Assembly: GCF_009557235.1 (NCBI RefSeq)
Contig: NZ_CP045650.1
Location: 1,380,001-1,412,000 of the forward strand
Direction: 5' to 3'
DNA length: 32,000 nt
Source of the DNA: Acinetobacter wanghuae
GTDB taxonomy: Bacteria; Pseudomonadota; Gammaproteobacteria; Pseudomonadales; Moraxellaceae
Positions 7,880-16,914 of the stretch are shown piece after piece (positions within the stretch are counted from its first letter, which is position 1; each line of letters starts with the position of its first letter). The notes beneath the pieces were generated by a model, which was not told where the DNA came from, did not search any database, and saw only the letters and a program-made list of their open reading frames with translations. The position numbers were made by a program, and so were the translations under genes.

Positions 7880-8273
7880 CTACGATCACCACATTCCAGT
7901 CGATACCTTCGCCTTCAGGCAAATTCTTCGGTAAATTGAATAGATTGGACTTGATTAGACAATCCTCTACATGGCGGACGATTCTTGAAGCAGTAGGCTC
8001 TGACACGCCATAACTTGTTGCGACATGGAATAAAGTTCGGTATTCACGCCAATAGCTCAGACAGAGTAAAACCTGATCTTCTACACTTAACTTAGGTGGT
8101 CTACCTTTAGTCGGGACATGCATTTTCAGTTGTTCAACCATTAAATCAAAGGTTGAAAAACTGATGCCTGTATATCGCTTAAACTGTGTTTCAGAAAGCT
8201 TCTTCAAATCAATGTATTTCATCCGCAGATTATGCATGAATATATAAAATTCTTCGGTACAAATAATCAGCAA
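7827..8273 (-). CDS. Transposase OrfA (HTH / N-terminal part, includes first catalytic-Asp region IVDAT)
   Basis: Sequence MKYIDLKKLSETQFKRYTGISFSTFDLMVEQL...GRPPKLSVEDQVLLCLSYWREY...VSEPTASRIV is typical of IS5-type transposase N-termini. The probable start is ATG 8237 or 8222 rather than TTG 8273. It ends at TAG 7827-7829, just after an A7 run. Confidence 0.8.
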   Translation of the reverse strand: MLIICTEEFYIFMHNLRMKYIDLKKLSETQFKRYTGISFSTFDLMVEQLKMHVPTKGRPPKLSVEDQVLLCLSYWREYRTLFHVATSYGVSEPTASRIVRHVEDCLIKSNLFNLPKNLPEGEGIDWNVVIVDATEIPIQRPKKTEEKL

Positions 8274-8928
8274 AAGATTGATCGTTTTTTGATTTATGAA
8301 AGAGATCTATTTATACATAACTAATAAATTCGCTAAGTCGTCGATATCATCAAGTAAATTTTTGATGATACTTTTATATTTTAAACTGTCAGTATTATCG
8401 TTGTTTAAATTAGTCGTTGCTAGACGAGTATTAACTAATTCTAATAGTTGATCTGCTTTTAATTTTAACTGACGTGAGACTTTAAAAATCTCTCTGCTTT
8501 CATAAGATATTTTCTGTAAATATTGAGGTGCTCGCCAATCTGTATAAAGTATGATTGCCACAAAAGCAGCAAAAAAAGTAGCGGTGGCTGATAAAATTGT
8601 AGCCATATTATCTCCGAAAGAAGGGAGAAATGAGTTCATCGTTAAAAGTGGTAACCATGCAAGAGCGAGCGCGAATACTAATGCCAAAATAAATTTTATT
8701 AATAATCTTATTTTTTCAAAATTTCATACCAAGTAATAAGTTAAGTTTAAAAGTAATCGATGCTTATGTTAGTAATTAATATAAATATCCAATTATAGTG
8801 AGAATTTCAAATAACTTTGAATAACTTTTTATAATTGCTAGAATACACATTGCTATTCATTGTTGCTAAATTTCATCTACCATTTTTGATGAAACCTTTG
8901 TGCAGCAACCACTCTACGGAAATTTTCA

Positions 8929-9420
8929 ATGCTTGATGTTTATTTAACAGATGTTCAAAAAAAGGTGCAATTCAAAGATTATCCAGGTGAGCATCCTGTT
9001 AAATTTATTTTGAATTTTAAAAAGATTTTCCCATCCATTATGGAACTTCTTTTACCTGTGCTTCCAGAAAATGAAAACTTGGAAGACATGTCATGGGAAT
9101 CGACGACTCAAGATTTTGAGACATTCCAAATGTTACTGACAGGTTGGGGCATTATCGAGCTGCGCTTAAATGCAATTAGCCAGTACAAAGACAAAGCCTT
9201 TGCAGACCAAATGATTAAAACATCGCAGCAGAAACGTAAAGAATATCAAAAGAAACATATGAAATTGAGCACAGTAGAGCTTGATTACTTATTTATGCAC
9301 GATATTCACGGTTTGATTGATGCTGAACTGGTGGATCTTGGTGAGAAATTCTACTTACCAACATTACGTGACTTGTGGAAATCGAAAGTGTCTGCAAACG
9401 TCTTAAATGCCAAATTTTAA
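8929..9420 (+). CDS. Hypothetical protein (163 aa)
   Basis: Clean ORF followed by a terminator, divergent from the IS-split gene. Protein-like composition. No family recognised. Confidence 0.6.
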   Translation: MLDVYLTDVQKKVQFKDYPGEHPVKFILNFKKIFPSIMELLLPVLPENENLEDMSWESTTQDFETFQMLLTGWGIIELRLNAISQYKDKAFADQMIKTSQQKRKEYQKKHMKLSTVELDYLFMHDIHGLIDAELVDLGEKFYLPTLRDLWKSKVSANVLNAKF

Positions 9421-9442
9421 TACTGTATAGTTAAAATAATAG

Positions 9443-9468
9443 ATCCTCCAATATTGGGGGATTTTTTA
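9443..9468 (+). terminator. Rho-independent terminator
   Basis: ATCCTCC-AATATT-GGGGGAT hairpin (one G-U pair) followed by TTTTT. Confidence 0.7.
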
Positions 9469-9715
9469 TATCTCCAAAATAAATTAGTGCGCCGTCGTGT
9501 GATGCTAAAAGCAGATAATTTGATCAAAAAATAAGAATATATTCAGTATTTTGATAAAGTTATACCGAAATGAGCATGGCTATTGCATGTATTTTTTCAT
9601 AAGGTATACACACCATTTATGCTTTATAAAACGTGAAAAAGTAAATTAAGTTTTACTACACAAATAAACGTAAAGGTTTCAATTTTCCCGAAGATATATC
9701 CAAGGATTTTTAAAA

Positions 9716-10318
9716 ATGTCGAATCAGTTTTTAGATTTAATTACTAAACGCCGTACCATTTATGCCATTGGCAAGAACGTTGAACAGACGCCAGAATACC
9801 TCACTGATTTGATTCAAAACGCAATTAAGCAAAGTCCATCTTCATTTAATTCGCAATCATCACGTGCTGTGATTCTTTTTAGTGCAGCGCATGAAAATTT
9901 TTGGGGCCTTGTTGCTGACAAACTGAAAGACTATGCAAAAGACGAAGAAAGTGCAGCAAAAACCACAGCGAAAATGGCAACATTTGCAGCAGGTGTGGGT
10001 ACAGTTTTGTTCTTTGAAGATCTTGATGTCATTAAAGGTTTACAAGACAGTTTCCCATCGTATGCAGAGAATTTCCCAATTTGGGCTGAACACTCAACTG
10101 CAATTGCTCAATTTGCAACGTGGACTGCATTGCACACTGAGGGTTTAGGTGCCTCTTTACAGCACTACAATCCAATTGTAGACGAACAAGTGCATAACGA
10201 ATGGGATATTCCTGCCAACTGGAAACTTCGTGCACAATTGGTATTTGGTTCGGTTGAAGGCGAAGCACGTGCTAAAGATTACATCGCAGACGATGTTCGC
10301 TTCAAAACATTTAAATAA
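9716..10318 (+). CDS. Nitroreductase-family protein (Frm2/Hbn1-like subgroup)
   Basis: 200 aa. The N-terminal RRTIYAIGK…SPSSFNSQSSRAVIL and C-terminal GLGASLQHYNP resemble the nitroreductase fold. AAGGA lies upstream of the ATG. Confidence 0.8.
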   Translation: MSNQFLDLITKRRTIYAIGKNVEQTPEYLTDLIQNAIKQSPSSFNSQSSRAVILFSAAHENFWGLVADKLKDYAKDEESAAKTTAKMATFAAGVGTVLFFEDLDVIKGLQDSFPSYAENFPIWAEHSTAIAQFATWTALHTEGLGASLQHYNPIVDEQVHNEWDIPANWKLRAQLVFGSVEGEARAKDYIADDVRFKTFK

Positions 10319-10328
10319 AAGTGTCACA

Positions 10329-10357
10329 TTAACTGCTCTTCCATTGAGAGCAGTTAA
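10329..10357 (+). terminator. Stem-loop downstream of the nitroreductase gene (weak U-tract)
   Basis: Perfect 11-bp stem TTAACTGCTCT / AGAGCAGTTAA with a 7-nt loop. The trailing sequence is only moderately T-rich. Confidence 0.5.
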
Positions 10358-10442
10358 TCCTGAGATTTCGACAAAACAACATTCAGAACGATAAAAATTA
10401 CGCTAAACTACTCAGGATTTAAAATCTACGAGTAACGACAAT

Positions 10443-10808
10443 ATGTCAAAGAGCACACAAAATTTATCTCCCTTACAAGAATTAATCGCTGAACAAAAAC
10501 TTCTATGTGAAGAAGTGGGTTCTGCTTATGTAGAAGTAAGTGGGGATGATGTCGTTGCTGTGGCTGTAAAAACCTTAGATCAAGACCCAATCGTGGGCAT
10601 TCGCAAAAAACCAGAGACTGAAGAAAATATCAGTTGGTTTATTTATGGTGGTGAACAAGTGTCAAATGAAGATGACTTTGAAACCATGACCGTGCGTGAG
10701 CTGCAAGATATTATTCCTGACGTGCTTCCATACCTTGCGCTCGAGCAAGGCTTCCGCTTTATGATCGATGGTGATGATTATGAAGATGTCTGGAAAGAAG
10801 ACGCTTAA
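10443..10808 (+). CDS. Acidic small protein, DUF2185 / Imm33-like (tentative)
   Basis: 121 aa. ISWFIYGGEQVSNEDDFETMTVRELQDIIPDVLPYLALEQGFRF resembles my recollection of the DUF2185/Imm33 pattern (GW.I..GE…DDF…P.…YL.L..G..F). Its stop TAA abuts the next ATG. Confidence 0.5.
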   Translation: MSKSTQNLSPLQELIAEQKLLCEEVGSAYVEVSGDDVVAVAVKTLDQDPIVGIRKKPETEENISWFIYGGEQVSNEDDFETMTVRELQDIIPDVLPYLALEQGFRFMIDGDDYEDVWKEDA

Positions 10809-11204
10809 ATGAACTTAGGTTTATTTCAATTCGGTGTTTTCTGCGCGGCTATAGCGACGATGCCCGTTTATGCGGCCACACTTACTCAAGCTGAATATGA
10901 TCAGTTTATTGAAGTGCAGACCGATATTGTCAATGAAACCAAACCGATTTTGGATGAACCTGATTCGCATTCAGATGCGTCGACACAGCGTAAAGCCTTT
11001 TGTGCGCGTCTGAATGCCTACCAAAATATCAAAACAACCTCTGAAGAAAATAGCCACTTAAATATGGCAAATATGATGCACATGGTTGCCACGAATTTTC
11101 TAAAACGTCAGGAGGAGAGTTTGACTCAGTCTGGCATGACAACACAGGTGTTTTGCGCCAACTTATTCAATGAAAACTCAAAAGAAAATACGAATAGTAA
11201 GTAG
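10809..11204 (+). CDS. Exported hypothetical protein (signal peptide, two Cys)
   Basis: N-terminal MNLGLFQFGVFCAAIATMPVYA|AT is signal-peptide-like. Its ATG immediately follows the preceding stop (TAAATG). No family recognised. Confidence 0.65.
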   Translation: MNLGLFQFGVFCAAIATMPVYAATLTQAEYDQFIEVQTDIVNETKPILDEPDSHSDASTQRKAFCARLNAYQNIKTTSEENSHLNMANMMHMVATNFLKRQEESLTQSGMTTQVFCANLFNENSKENTNSK

Positions 11205-11373
11205 AACATCTTCACAATAAATCATTTTCTATGGATTTTCCCCGAGGATATATCTCACTAATTTTATTATTATCAATATTAAGTGAACAATCTTGTTTTT
11301 CTTACAATTATTTTAGAGTGAAACTTTTAGTTAAAAGATGTGTAGCGGTGAGGCTTTTATCTAAATCTATATT

Positions 11374-11405
11374 TATAAATAGCCTAAGCAATTTAATATT
11401 TAAGA
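11374..11405 (+). repeat. Direct repeat copy 1 (exact 18-nt core TATAAATAGCCTAAGCAA)
   Basis: The 18-nt core at 11374-11391 is identical to 11715-11732. The downstream ~14 nt are similar with small indels. Confidence 0.7.
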
Positions 11406-11714
11406 CTTATACGGGATAGGGCATTGGCTTAAATTTTATCTGCTGAATTAACACAAATGAAGATCTATTTAATGAAGTTTCTATTTACTTTGCAGATCCT
11501 TATTAGCTCATCAATAGACTACAACTCCAACAACTCATATTCATCTGCAAATAAACCTAAAGCACAACAATGTAAGGAATTTTAAACAAGCAATAGTCAT
11601 GTCTTATGATTGAAATTTAGAGAAAAAAATAAATGAATCTTTCAAAGATCTACACGATTAATCGATCAAGAATAATCCCTATAAATTCTCTGATACTTTC
11701 CTAAAAATCACCCA

Positions 11715-11750
11715 TATAAATAGCCTAAGCAAATTTTTAAATATTTTAAC
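11715..11750 (+). repeat. Direct repeat copy 2 (exact 18-nt core TATAAATAGCCTAAGCAA)
   Basis: See copy 1. The two copies lie 341 bp apart inside a 615-bp non-coding AT-rich gap. Confidence 0.7.
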
Positions 11751-11819
11751 ATCAATTGATTAATTTCCATTAGACCCAATCTATCTTTACAAAGAAATGA
11801 AATCACGGAATTCTCAAAA

Positions 11820-12578
11820 ATGCTGCTTAACTATCAATATAGTGAATCTAATTCAACACAAACGTCCATGGTTTTTATTCATGGTTTATTCGGTAGTTTA
11901 AGTAATCTGGGCATGTTAGCGCGTCATTTTGCAGAAACTAGAGCTGTCATTCAAATCGATGTTCGTAACCATGGTCGATCAGGGCATAGTGATGAAGTTA
12001 ATTATGAAATGATGGCAAATGATGTTTTAGAGACGCTAAGCCATTTAGAAATAAAACAATTTATTGTTGTTGGGCACTCGATGGGCGGAAAAATTGCCAT
12101 GAAAATTGCAGATCTTGCACGAGAACAAATTGAATCTTTAGTGGTTTTGGATATATCACCATATTCATATGTAAAACAACAACATACTGAAATTTTTAAA
12201 GCCTTATTTGCAGTAGAAAAAGAAAATGTCAGGTCACGCCTTGATGCGACAAATATTATGAAAAATTTCATTTCAGAAGATATGGTGATTCAATTTTTAT
12301 TAAAATCTTTTAATCAAGGACAATGGTTATTTAACGTAAAAGCCTTGCATGAGCATTATACGGACATCATGCAGTGGGAAAGTATTCAGCCATTTGAAAA
12401 GCCAAGCTTATTCTTACGTGGGGAACACTCAAATTATATTTCTCAACCCGAACACTTAAATGCAATTGCTGAACAGTTTAGTCAGCACAAAATTGAAATG
12501 GTTGAAGGTACAGGACACTGGTTACACGCAGAGAAACCAAATGTCGTAATTGAGAAAATCAAAAGCTTCTTAAACTAA
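11820..12578 (+). CDS. Alpha/beta hydrolase, YbfF-like esterase
   Basis: 252 aa with HGLFGS oxyanion region, GHSMGG nucleophile elbow and C-terminal GHWLHAEKP. The layout is colinear with YbfF-type esterases. Confidence 0.85.
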   Translation: MLLNYQYSESNSTQTSMVFIHGLFGSLSNLGMLARHFAETRAVIQIDVRNHGRSGHSDEVNYEMMANDVLETLSHLEIKQFIVVGHSMGGKIAMKIADLAREQIESLVVLDISPYSYVKQQHTEIFKALFAVEKENVRSRLDATNIMKNFISEDMVIQFLLKSFNQGQWLFNVKALHEHYTDIMQWESIQPFEKPSLFLRGEHSNYISQPEHLNAIAEQFSQHKIEMVEGTGHWLHAEKPNVVIEKIKSFLN

Positions 12579-12595
12579 CTTGGCTGAATTTTTAT

Positions 12596-12622
12596 AAAAG
12601 AGCTTCTTAAGCTCTTTTTTTG
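12596..12622 (+). terminator. Rho-independent terminator
   Basis: AAAAGAGC-TTCTTAA-GCTCTTTT followed by a T-run. Confidence 0.8.
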
Positions 12623-13201
12623 TTTGGGGAGAATTTGCTGCTTGAGCAACATATTACATATCAACAGATATAAGAATATATTTGATTTCGTATAATGTAT
12701 ATTATGTTAAATGTAATATTATTAAATATTCATATCCAGTCGCCTTGTATCTTCATTCATAAATTGATGGGATAAATTATAAGGTTGGTTTTGTACGGAT
12801 ATATTGAAGTTCTACATCATCCAATGATCGCCCAAATAAGCATGCTATTTTCATCTTCTATTTTGATATGGAATTGTACTGCATAAATTTAGGAAATCTG
12901 TTTCGCTTAAAACATTAAAGCTGCTGTAGTATTCTAATAATCTATATCTACTCATCATCTGTATTCACCTCTTTATCATGATGATGAAAATTAAAGACTT
13001 AGTTATTTCCAAAAAAATATTTCATGATGTTTCAACGTTAACTTAGATGGTTGAAATGTTTCATTACTCTCAATACCAATTTATCAAGTCGAGAAAATGT
13101 TATACCAATACTCAATCATGTGAATATTACATGATCATAATCTAGATGGAGCGTTACTTTTTTATTGATCACTTGTAAGTGATGAACTGGAACATAAAAC
13201 T

Positions 13202-14038
13202 ATGGAAACCGATAGAAACATCATAGATTTTATTAAAAGTCATATGGTGGATTTACATAAGAAAAGATCGAGATCTGACGGTTTAGCAATTATTCTTTTT
13301 CTCGATATTGACGGCACAATCTCAGAGTTTCATATTGACCCCGAACAAAGTTTTATCGCACCTGAAATATTAGGAACAATTGAACATTTAAATCAAATCA
13401 TTGATCTTTTTTTAGTCACGGGAAGATCCATCCAACAAGCACAACACTTGATCTCCCCTTTTGACTGGAATATTGCTGCTTCGCATGGACTTGAGCTTTA
13501 TCATCAACAGCAAACACAAAATCTAATTCATTTTAACCATACACAATTTAATGCACTAAAAACATATTTGCGTGAAGCGATTGACACAAAAATTCCCATA
13601 CGAATTGAGGAAAAACCTTTTTCCATTGCTTTACATTTTCGTGAGCATCCTCAACTCGAAAGCTTTGCACAAAATATTATAAAACAATGCCTTGAACATT
13701 ATGATGACTTTGAACTGAAGTCAGGAAAATACGTTTTTGAATTGGTCGCCAAAGGCTGTCATAAAGGCATCGCGATACAACATATTTTATCTCAATCCGA
13801 CGATCTAAATCTTTGCCCTATTTTTATTGGTGACGATTTGACAGATGAATCTGGTTTTGAGGTCATTAATCAACATCATGGAATTTCAATCAAAGTCGGT
13901 TCAGGACTCAGCCAAGCGAAATTTCGCTTAAAAAATGTCACAGCAGTTGGATGCTTTCTACAGGATTTATTTAAAGAATTAAAAGTACAACAACACATCA
14001 TTGGAGAATCAAATGTCAAAACTCATTGTATTGTCTAA
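13202..14038 (+). CDS. otsB: Trehalose-6-phosphate phosphatase
   Basis: HAD motif I FLDIDGTISEF, motif VTGRS, and C-terminal GDDLTDE. Overlaps and precedes otsA. Confidence 0.9.
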   Translation: METDRNIIDFIKSHMVDLHKKRSRSDGLAIILFLDIDGTISEFHIDPEQSFIAPEILGTIEHLNQIIDLFLVTGRSIQQAQHLISPFDWNIAASHGLELYHQQQTQNLIHFNHTQFNALKTYLREAIDTKIPIRIEEKPFSIALHFREHPQLESFAQNIIKQCLEHYDDFELKSGKYVFELVAKGCHKGIAIQHILSQSDDLNLCPIFIGDDLTDESGFEVINQHHGISIKVGSGLSQAKFRLKNVTAVGCFLQDLFKELKVQQHIIGESNVKTHCIV

Positions 14039-15446
14039 TCGCGTGAGCCTACCTCATCCTGATTCACAGCAAGCCGGTGGCTTAGCAGTCGCTTTAGAAG
14101 ATGCTTTAAATGGTGTCGGTGGTATTTGGATGGGGTGGAATGGTGAACAAAGCACAGAGAAACAAGATACATTTGACATCATTCATGAAAAAAATGTGGA
14201 GTACCATACTTGTGCGCTGAGTGAAGCGGAATATCAGGGCTATTATTGTGGATTTGCCAACGGCGTTCTATGGCCACTCATGCATGAACAGAAAAAATAT
14301 ATCGAATTTAAAGCCCATGAATATCAAATCTATCAAGATGTAAATTTAAAATTTGCTCAACACTTAAATAAAATTGCGTCATCTGAAGATGTTATTTGGA
14401 TTCATGATTACCATTTCCTAAGCGTTGCGCACTATTGTCGTCAGTTGGGAATGAAAAATCGAATTGGCTTCTTTTTACATATTCCATTTCCCGAACGAAC
14501 CCAGTGGAAAAGCGTTAAACCTTACCAGGAATTAGCGCAGCATTTAGCGCAATATGATTTATTGGGTTTACAAACAGACTATGATCAAACATATTGTTTT
14601 GATTTTTTAAGACAAACATTGGGACTAAAAGCGCACGATGCAAATACATTATCCGATCAAACACGTCAGATCAAGATTAACTGTTACCCGATTGGTGTAC
14701 ACCCGACGGCGCTTCAAAAACGTGCTGCTGACAGTATTGATGTAGCGCTTCCTTTTTCTGATCTTAACAACCCGAATATTCAAAATATTATTTCAGTGGA
14801 TCGAATTGATTACAGCAAAGGTTTACTTGAGAAAATAACTGCTTTTGATGCGTTCTATAAACATTATCCTGACATGAAAAACCAAGTTCGCCAATTACAA
14901 ATTGCTTGTCCTTGCCGTTTAGATGTCGATACTTATCGATCTTTATATGACACATTTAAAGCCAAGGTTGATCAACTCAATCAAAAATATGCAGAATCAG
15001 AAAGCCCAGTTTTTAGCTGTAGTTTTGAAGCGATCGCTCACCATGAATTGATGCATTTATATCGTCATGCGGATATTTGTTGGGTCAACTCTATCCGTGA
15101 TGGTATGAACCTTGTTGCCAAAGAATATATTGCAGCGCAAGACCCGATAGATCCTGGCGTTTTAATCTTATCGAAATATGCTGGGGCTGCTGAACATATG
15201 CCAGAAGCCATTATCGTCGATCCGTTTAATGTGAAAAGCATGATGAAGGCATTAAATCAAGCGATTCATATGCCGCCATCTGAGCGTCTAGCTCGCTATA
15301 AACTTTTATTTCAAGGGTTGAAGGATTTTGACATTATTCAATGGCGCAATCATTTTATTGGTGATTTAAATCGTTCTGGTCAAAGCGTCATCTATCTGCC
15401 AAGAAATAAAGCAGCGCGCTATGATGCAATAAACTTATCTATTTAA
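14013..15446 (+). CDS. otsA: Alpha,alpha-trehalose-phosphate synthase (UDP-forming)
   Basis: MSKLIVLSNRVS… matches the OtsA N-terminus pattern and the gene is GT20-like throughout. GGAG at 14002-14005 lies 7 nt before ATG 14013, which I prefer over the track start at 14001. Confidence 0.93.
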   Translation: MSKLIVLSNRVSLPHPDSQQAGGLAVALEDALNGVGGIWMGWNGEQSTEKQDTFDIIHEKNVEYHTCALSEAEYQGYYCGFANGVLWPLMHEQKKYIEFKAHEYQIYQDVNLKFAQHLNKIASSEDVIWIHDYHFLSVAHYCRQLGMKNRIGFFLHIPFPERTQWKSVKPYQELAQHLAQYDLLGLQTDYDQTYCFDFLRQTLGLKAHDANTLSDQTRQIKINCYPIGVHPTALQKRAADSIDVALPFSDLNNPNIQNIISVDRIDYSKGLLEKITAFDAFYKHYPDMKNQVRQLQIACPCRLDVDTYRSLYDTFKAKVDQLNQKYAESESPVFSCSFEAIAHHELMHLYRHADICWVNSIRDGMNLVAKEYIAAQDPIDPGVLILSKYAGAAEHMPEAIIVDPFNVKSMMKALNQAIHMPPSERLARYKLLFQGLKDFDIIQWRNHFIGDLNRSGQSVIYLPRNKAARYDAINLSI

Positions 15447-15472
15447 AAGAAATATACCAAGATATTGACAAG

Positions 15473-15495
15473 CACCAGCATTATGCTGGTGTTTG
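15473..15495. terminator. Shared hairpin between convergent otsA and the MFS gene
   Basis: CACCAGCA-TTA-TGCTGGTG is followed by TTTG. It overlaps the MFS stop codon region. Confidence 0.55.
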
Positions 15496-16713
15496 ATTAT
15501 GATGCTCGACTTCATTTTCATAGACAGGTTCATGGGCATGAATCATGTGATACAAAAATGCAATGCCAGAGAGTGCAACAGCCACCACCATAAACACGGT
15601 GGACAGTCCAAAAATATCTCCACCGAATCCAACAATAGCAGGTCCCATTAAAGAACCGGTATACGCAAATAAAGACACGTAAGATAACGCAACATGTGAT
15701 GCTAATGCTTTTTGACGACCAGCAAAAGAAAACATGAGTGGAACAATATTAGCACTGCCTAAACCTAACATGGCATAACCTAGCAAAACCACTTGCCAAA
15801 CTGGTGCAATGACCACGGTTGCCATGCCACAACATGCCAATATCGCACTGATTAAAATTGTATTTTTTTCACCTAAACGTTGCACGATCCACTGCCCGCT
15901 TAAGCGACCTGCCACCATGAGTGCAGCAAAGAAACTATATGCCAAACCTGAATGAGCTGGATCAATTTTAAATCGTGTATTGAGATAAATCCCACTCCAG
16001 TCCATGGCTGCACCTTCTGATAAAAATGCAATAAAACAGATAAGTCCAATACTAATAATCGCAAGATTTGGACGTGATTTACTCGTAGGCTGATCTGTTA
16101 CAGATATAACCGAATCTTGTTGTTGTGATTTTAGGCAAAATGGGACGGCGCAACATGCAATCATCACGAGCACGATGCTGACCATAAGCATACTCACAAG
16201 AGGCGTAAATCCAAAACTCAGTAAGGTTGTAATACCAAGTACACCTGCCAACCCACCCAAACTACAGATTCCATGAAATACAGGCATCATATTTTTTTGG
16301 CTATATTTTTCTAATTGTGATGCTTGCAGATTTACCGTAACACCCAAAGCCCCTGCACTCGCACCAAAACAAAATAAAGCACTGGCTAAGATCCAAACAG
16401 TTGGACTCATGGCTAACATAGGTAATATGAACATAAACGCAAATAGAGTCACAGCAAGCACTGGGCGACAGCCAAATTTATGTGCGAGTTTTCCTGCAAT
16501 AGGCATTGCAATCATAGAGCCAATACCAGCGCCCAATAACAATAACCCAAAATCTGAATGACTCAGAAATAAACGTTTCTTTACATAGGCAATGATGGGT
16601 GCCCATGCTGCTGTTGCAAAGCCAAGACTAAAAAAGCACAGCGCAGTCGCGATTTTTTGCCAAGTAGAATATTGAAAGTTTTGAAAAGCATGAAGATTGA
16701 GTCGTGAAAACAT
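15481..16713 (-). CDS. MFS transporter
   Basis: About 12 hydrophobic segments with MFS-like loop motifs. The track ORF extends to 16782, but the first 23 codons are not membrane-protein-like. ATG 16713 (MFSRLNLHAF…) is preferred. Confidence 0.85.
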   Translation of the reverse strand: MFSRLNLHAFQNFQYSTWQKIATALCFFSLGFATAAWAPIIAYVKKRLFLSHSDFGLLLLGAGIGSMIAMPIAGKLAHKFGCRPVLAVTLFAFMFILPMLAMSPTVWILASALFCFGASAGALGVTVNLQASQLEKYSQKNMMPVFHGICSLGGLAGVLGITTLLSFGFTPLVSMLMVSIVLVMIACCAVPFCLKSQQQDSVISVTDQPTSKSRPNLAIISIGLICFIAFLSEGAAMDWSGIYLNTRFKIDPAHSGLAYSFFAALMVAGRLSGQWIVQRLGEKNTILISAILACCGMATVVIAPVWQVVLLGYAMLGLGSANIVPLMFSFAGRQKALASHVALSYVSLFAYTGSLMGPAIVGFGGDIFGLSTVFMVVAVALSGIAFLYHMIHAHEPVYENEVEHHNQTPA

Positions 16714-16914
16714 AGTACAGCCAGCATCAAAAGTAAATTGCAGGCATCCATAACCCGTAATCCATAGAAAAACCCTATGCAACGTGATTCAATTACAATA
16801 CGTTACATAGGGTCTAATTGCGCAAATTATAGTCGCTTTTATTTCAAAAGGAATACTTTTCCAGCATTTTTTTAATCAAAATAAGCAAGCTTTTGATTCA
16901 ATAATATTTATAGT

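Larger units (their letters stand above)
7393..8308 (-). mobile_element. IS5-superfamily insertion sequence, 916 bp
   Basis: Terminal inverted repeats are AGACTTCTTTCATAAGTCA (7393-7411) and the reverse complement of 8290-8308, AGATCTCTTTCATAAATCA (16/19 match). A 3-bp direct repeat ATT flanks it at 7390-7392 and 8309-8311. It encodes an HTH + DDE transposase in two overlapping ORFs. Confidence 0.85.
7145..8687 (-). pseudogene. Small membrane-anchored helical protein gene split by an IS insertion (fragments 8310..8687 and 7145..7392)
   Basis: Deleting the IS (7393-8308) plus one ATT copy joins the two minus-strand ORFs in frame with no stop (…LLVMYK-YNFNSKISFENEH-LLNIEPFYK…), giving 207 codons from 8687. 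The likely true start is ATG 8606, with GGAG 5 nt upstream, giving 180 aa. The upstream fragment's TAG stop (8307-8309) straddles the IS end and the duplicated ATT. Confidence 0.6.

Noticed and set aside
7392-8309. Alternative IS boundaries with a 2-bp TA target duplication (7392-7393 / 8308-8309)
   Set aside because: This is equally compatible with the ends alone. However, it leaves a TAA at the reconstructed junction, whereas the 3-bp ATT model restores a continuous ORF through both flanking fragments. The ATT model is preferred but not proven.
11231-11419. 62-aa plus-strand ORF in the long AT-rich gap
   Set aside because: The Leu/Ser/Ile-rich low-complexity translation of AT-rich DNA has no SD and overlaps one direct-repeat copy. 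It is more likely non-coding.
11457-11585. 42-codon ORF with a hydrophobic N-terminus between the direct repeats
   Set aside because: It has no convincing SD, a low-complexity Asn/Ser-rich tail and lies in AT-rich DNA. It is mentioned in a finding but not called as a gene.
15481-16782. Long N-terminal extensions in track ORFs (MFS 16782, katE 22311, otsA 14001, reductase 27934)
   Set aside because: The extensions begin at non-ATG codons or lack an SD. Internal ATGs with better SD spacing and family-typical N-termini are preferred, and coordinates were adjusted in the features.
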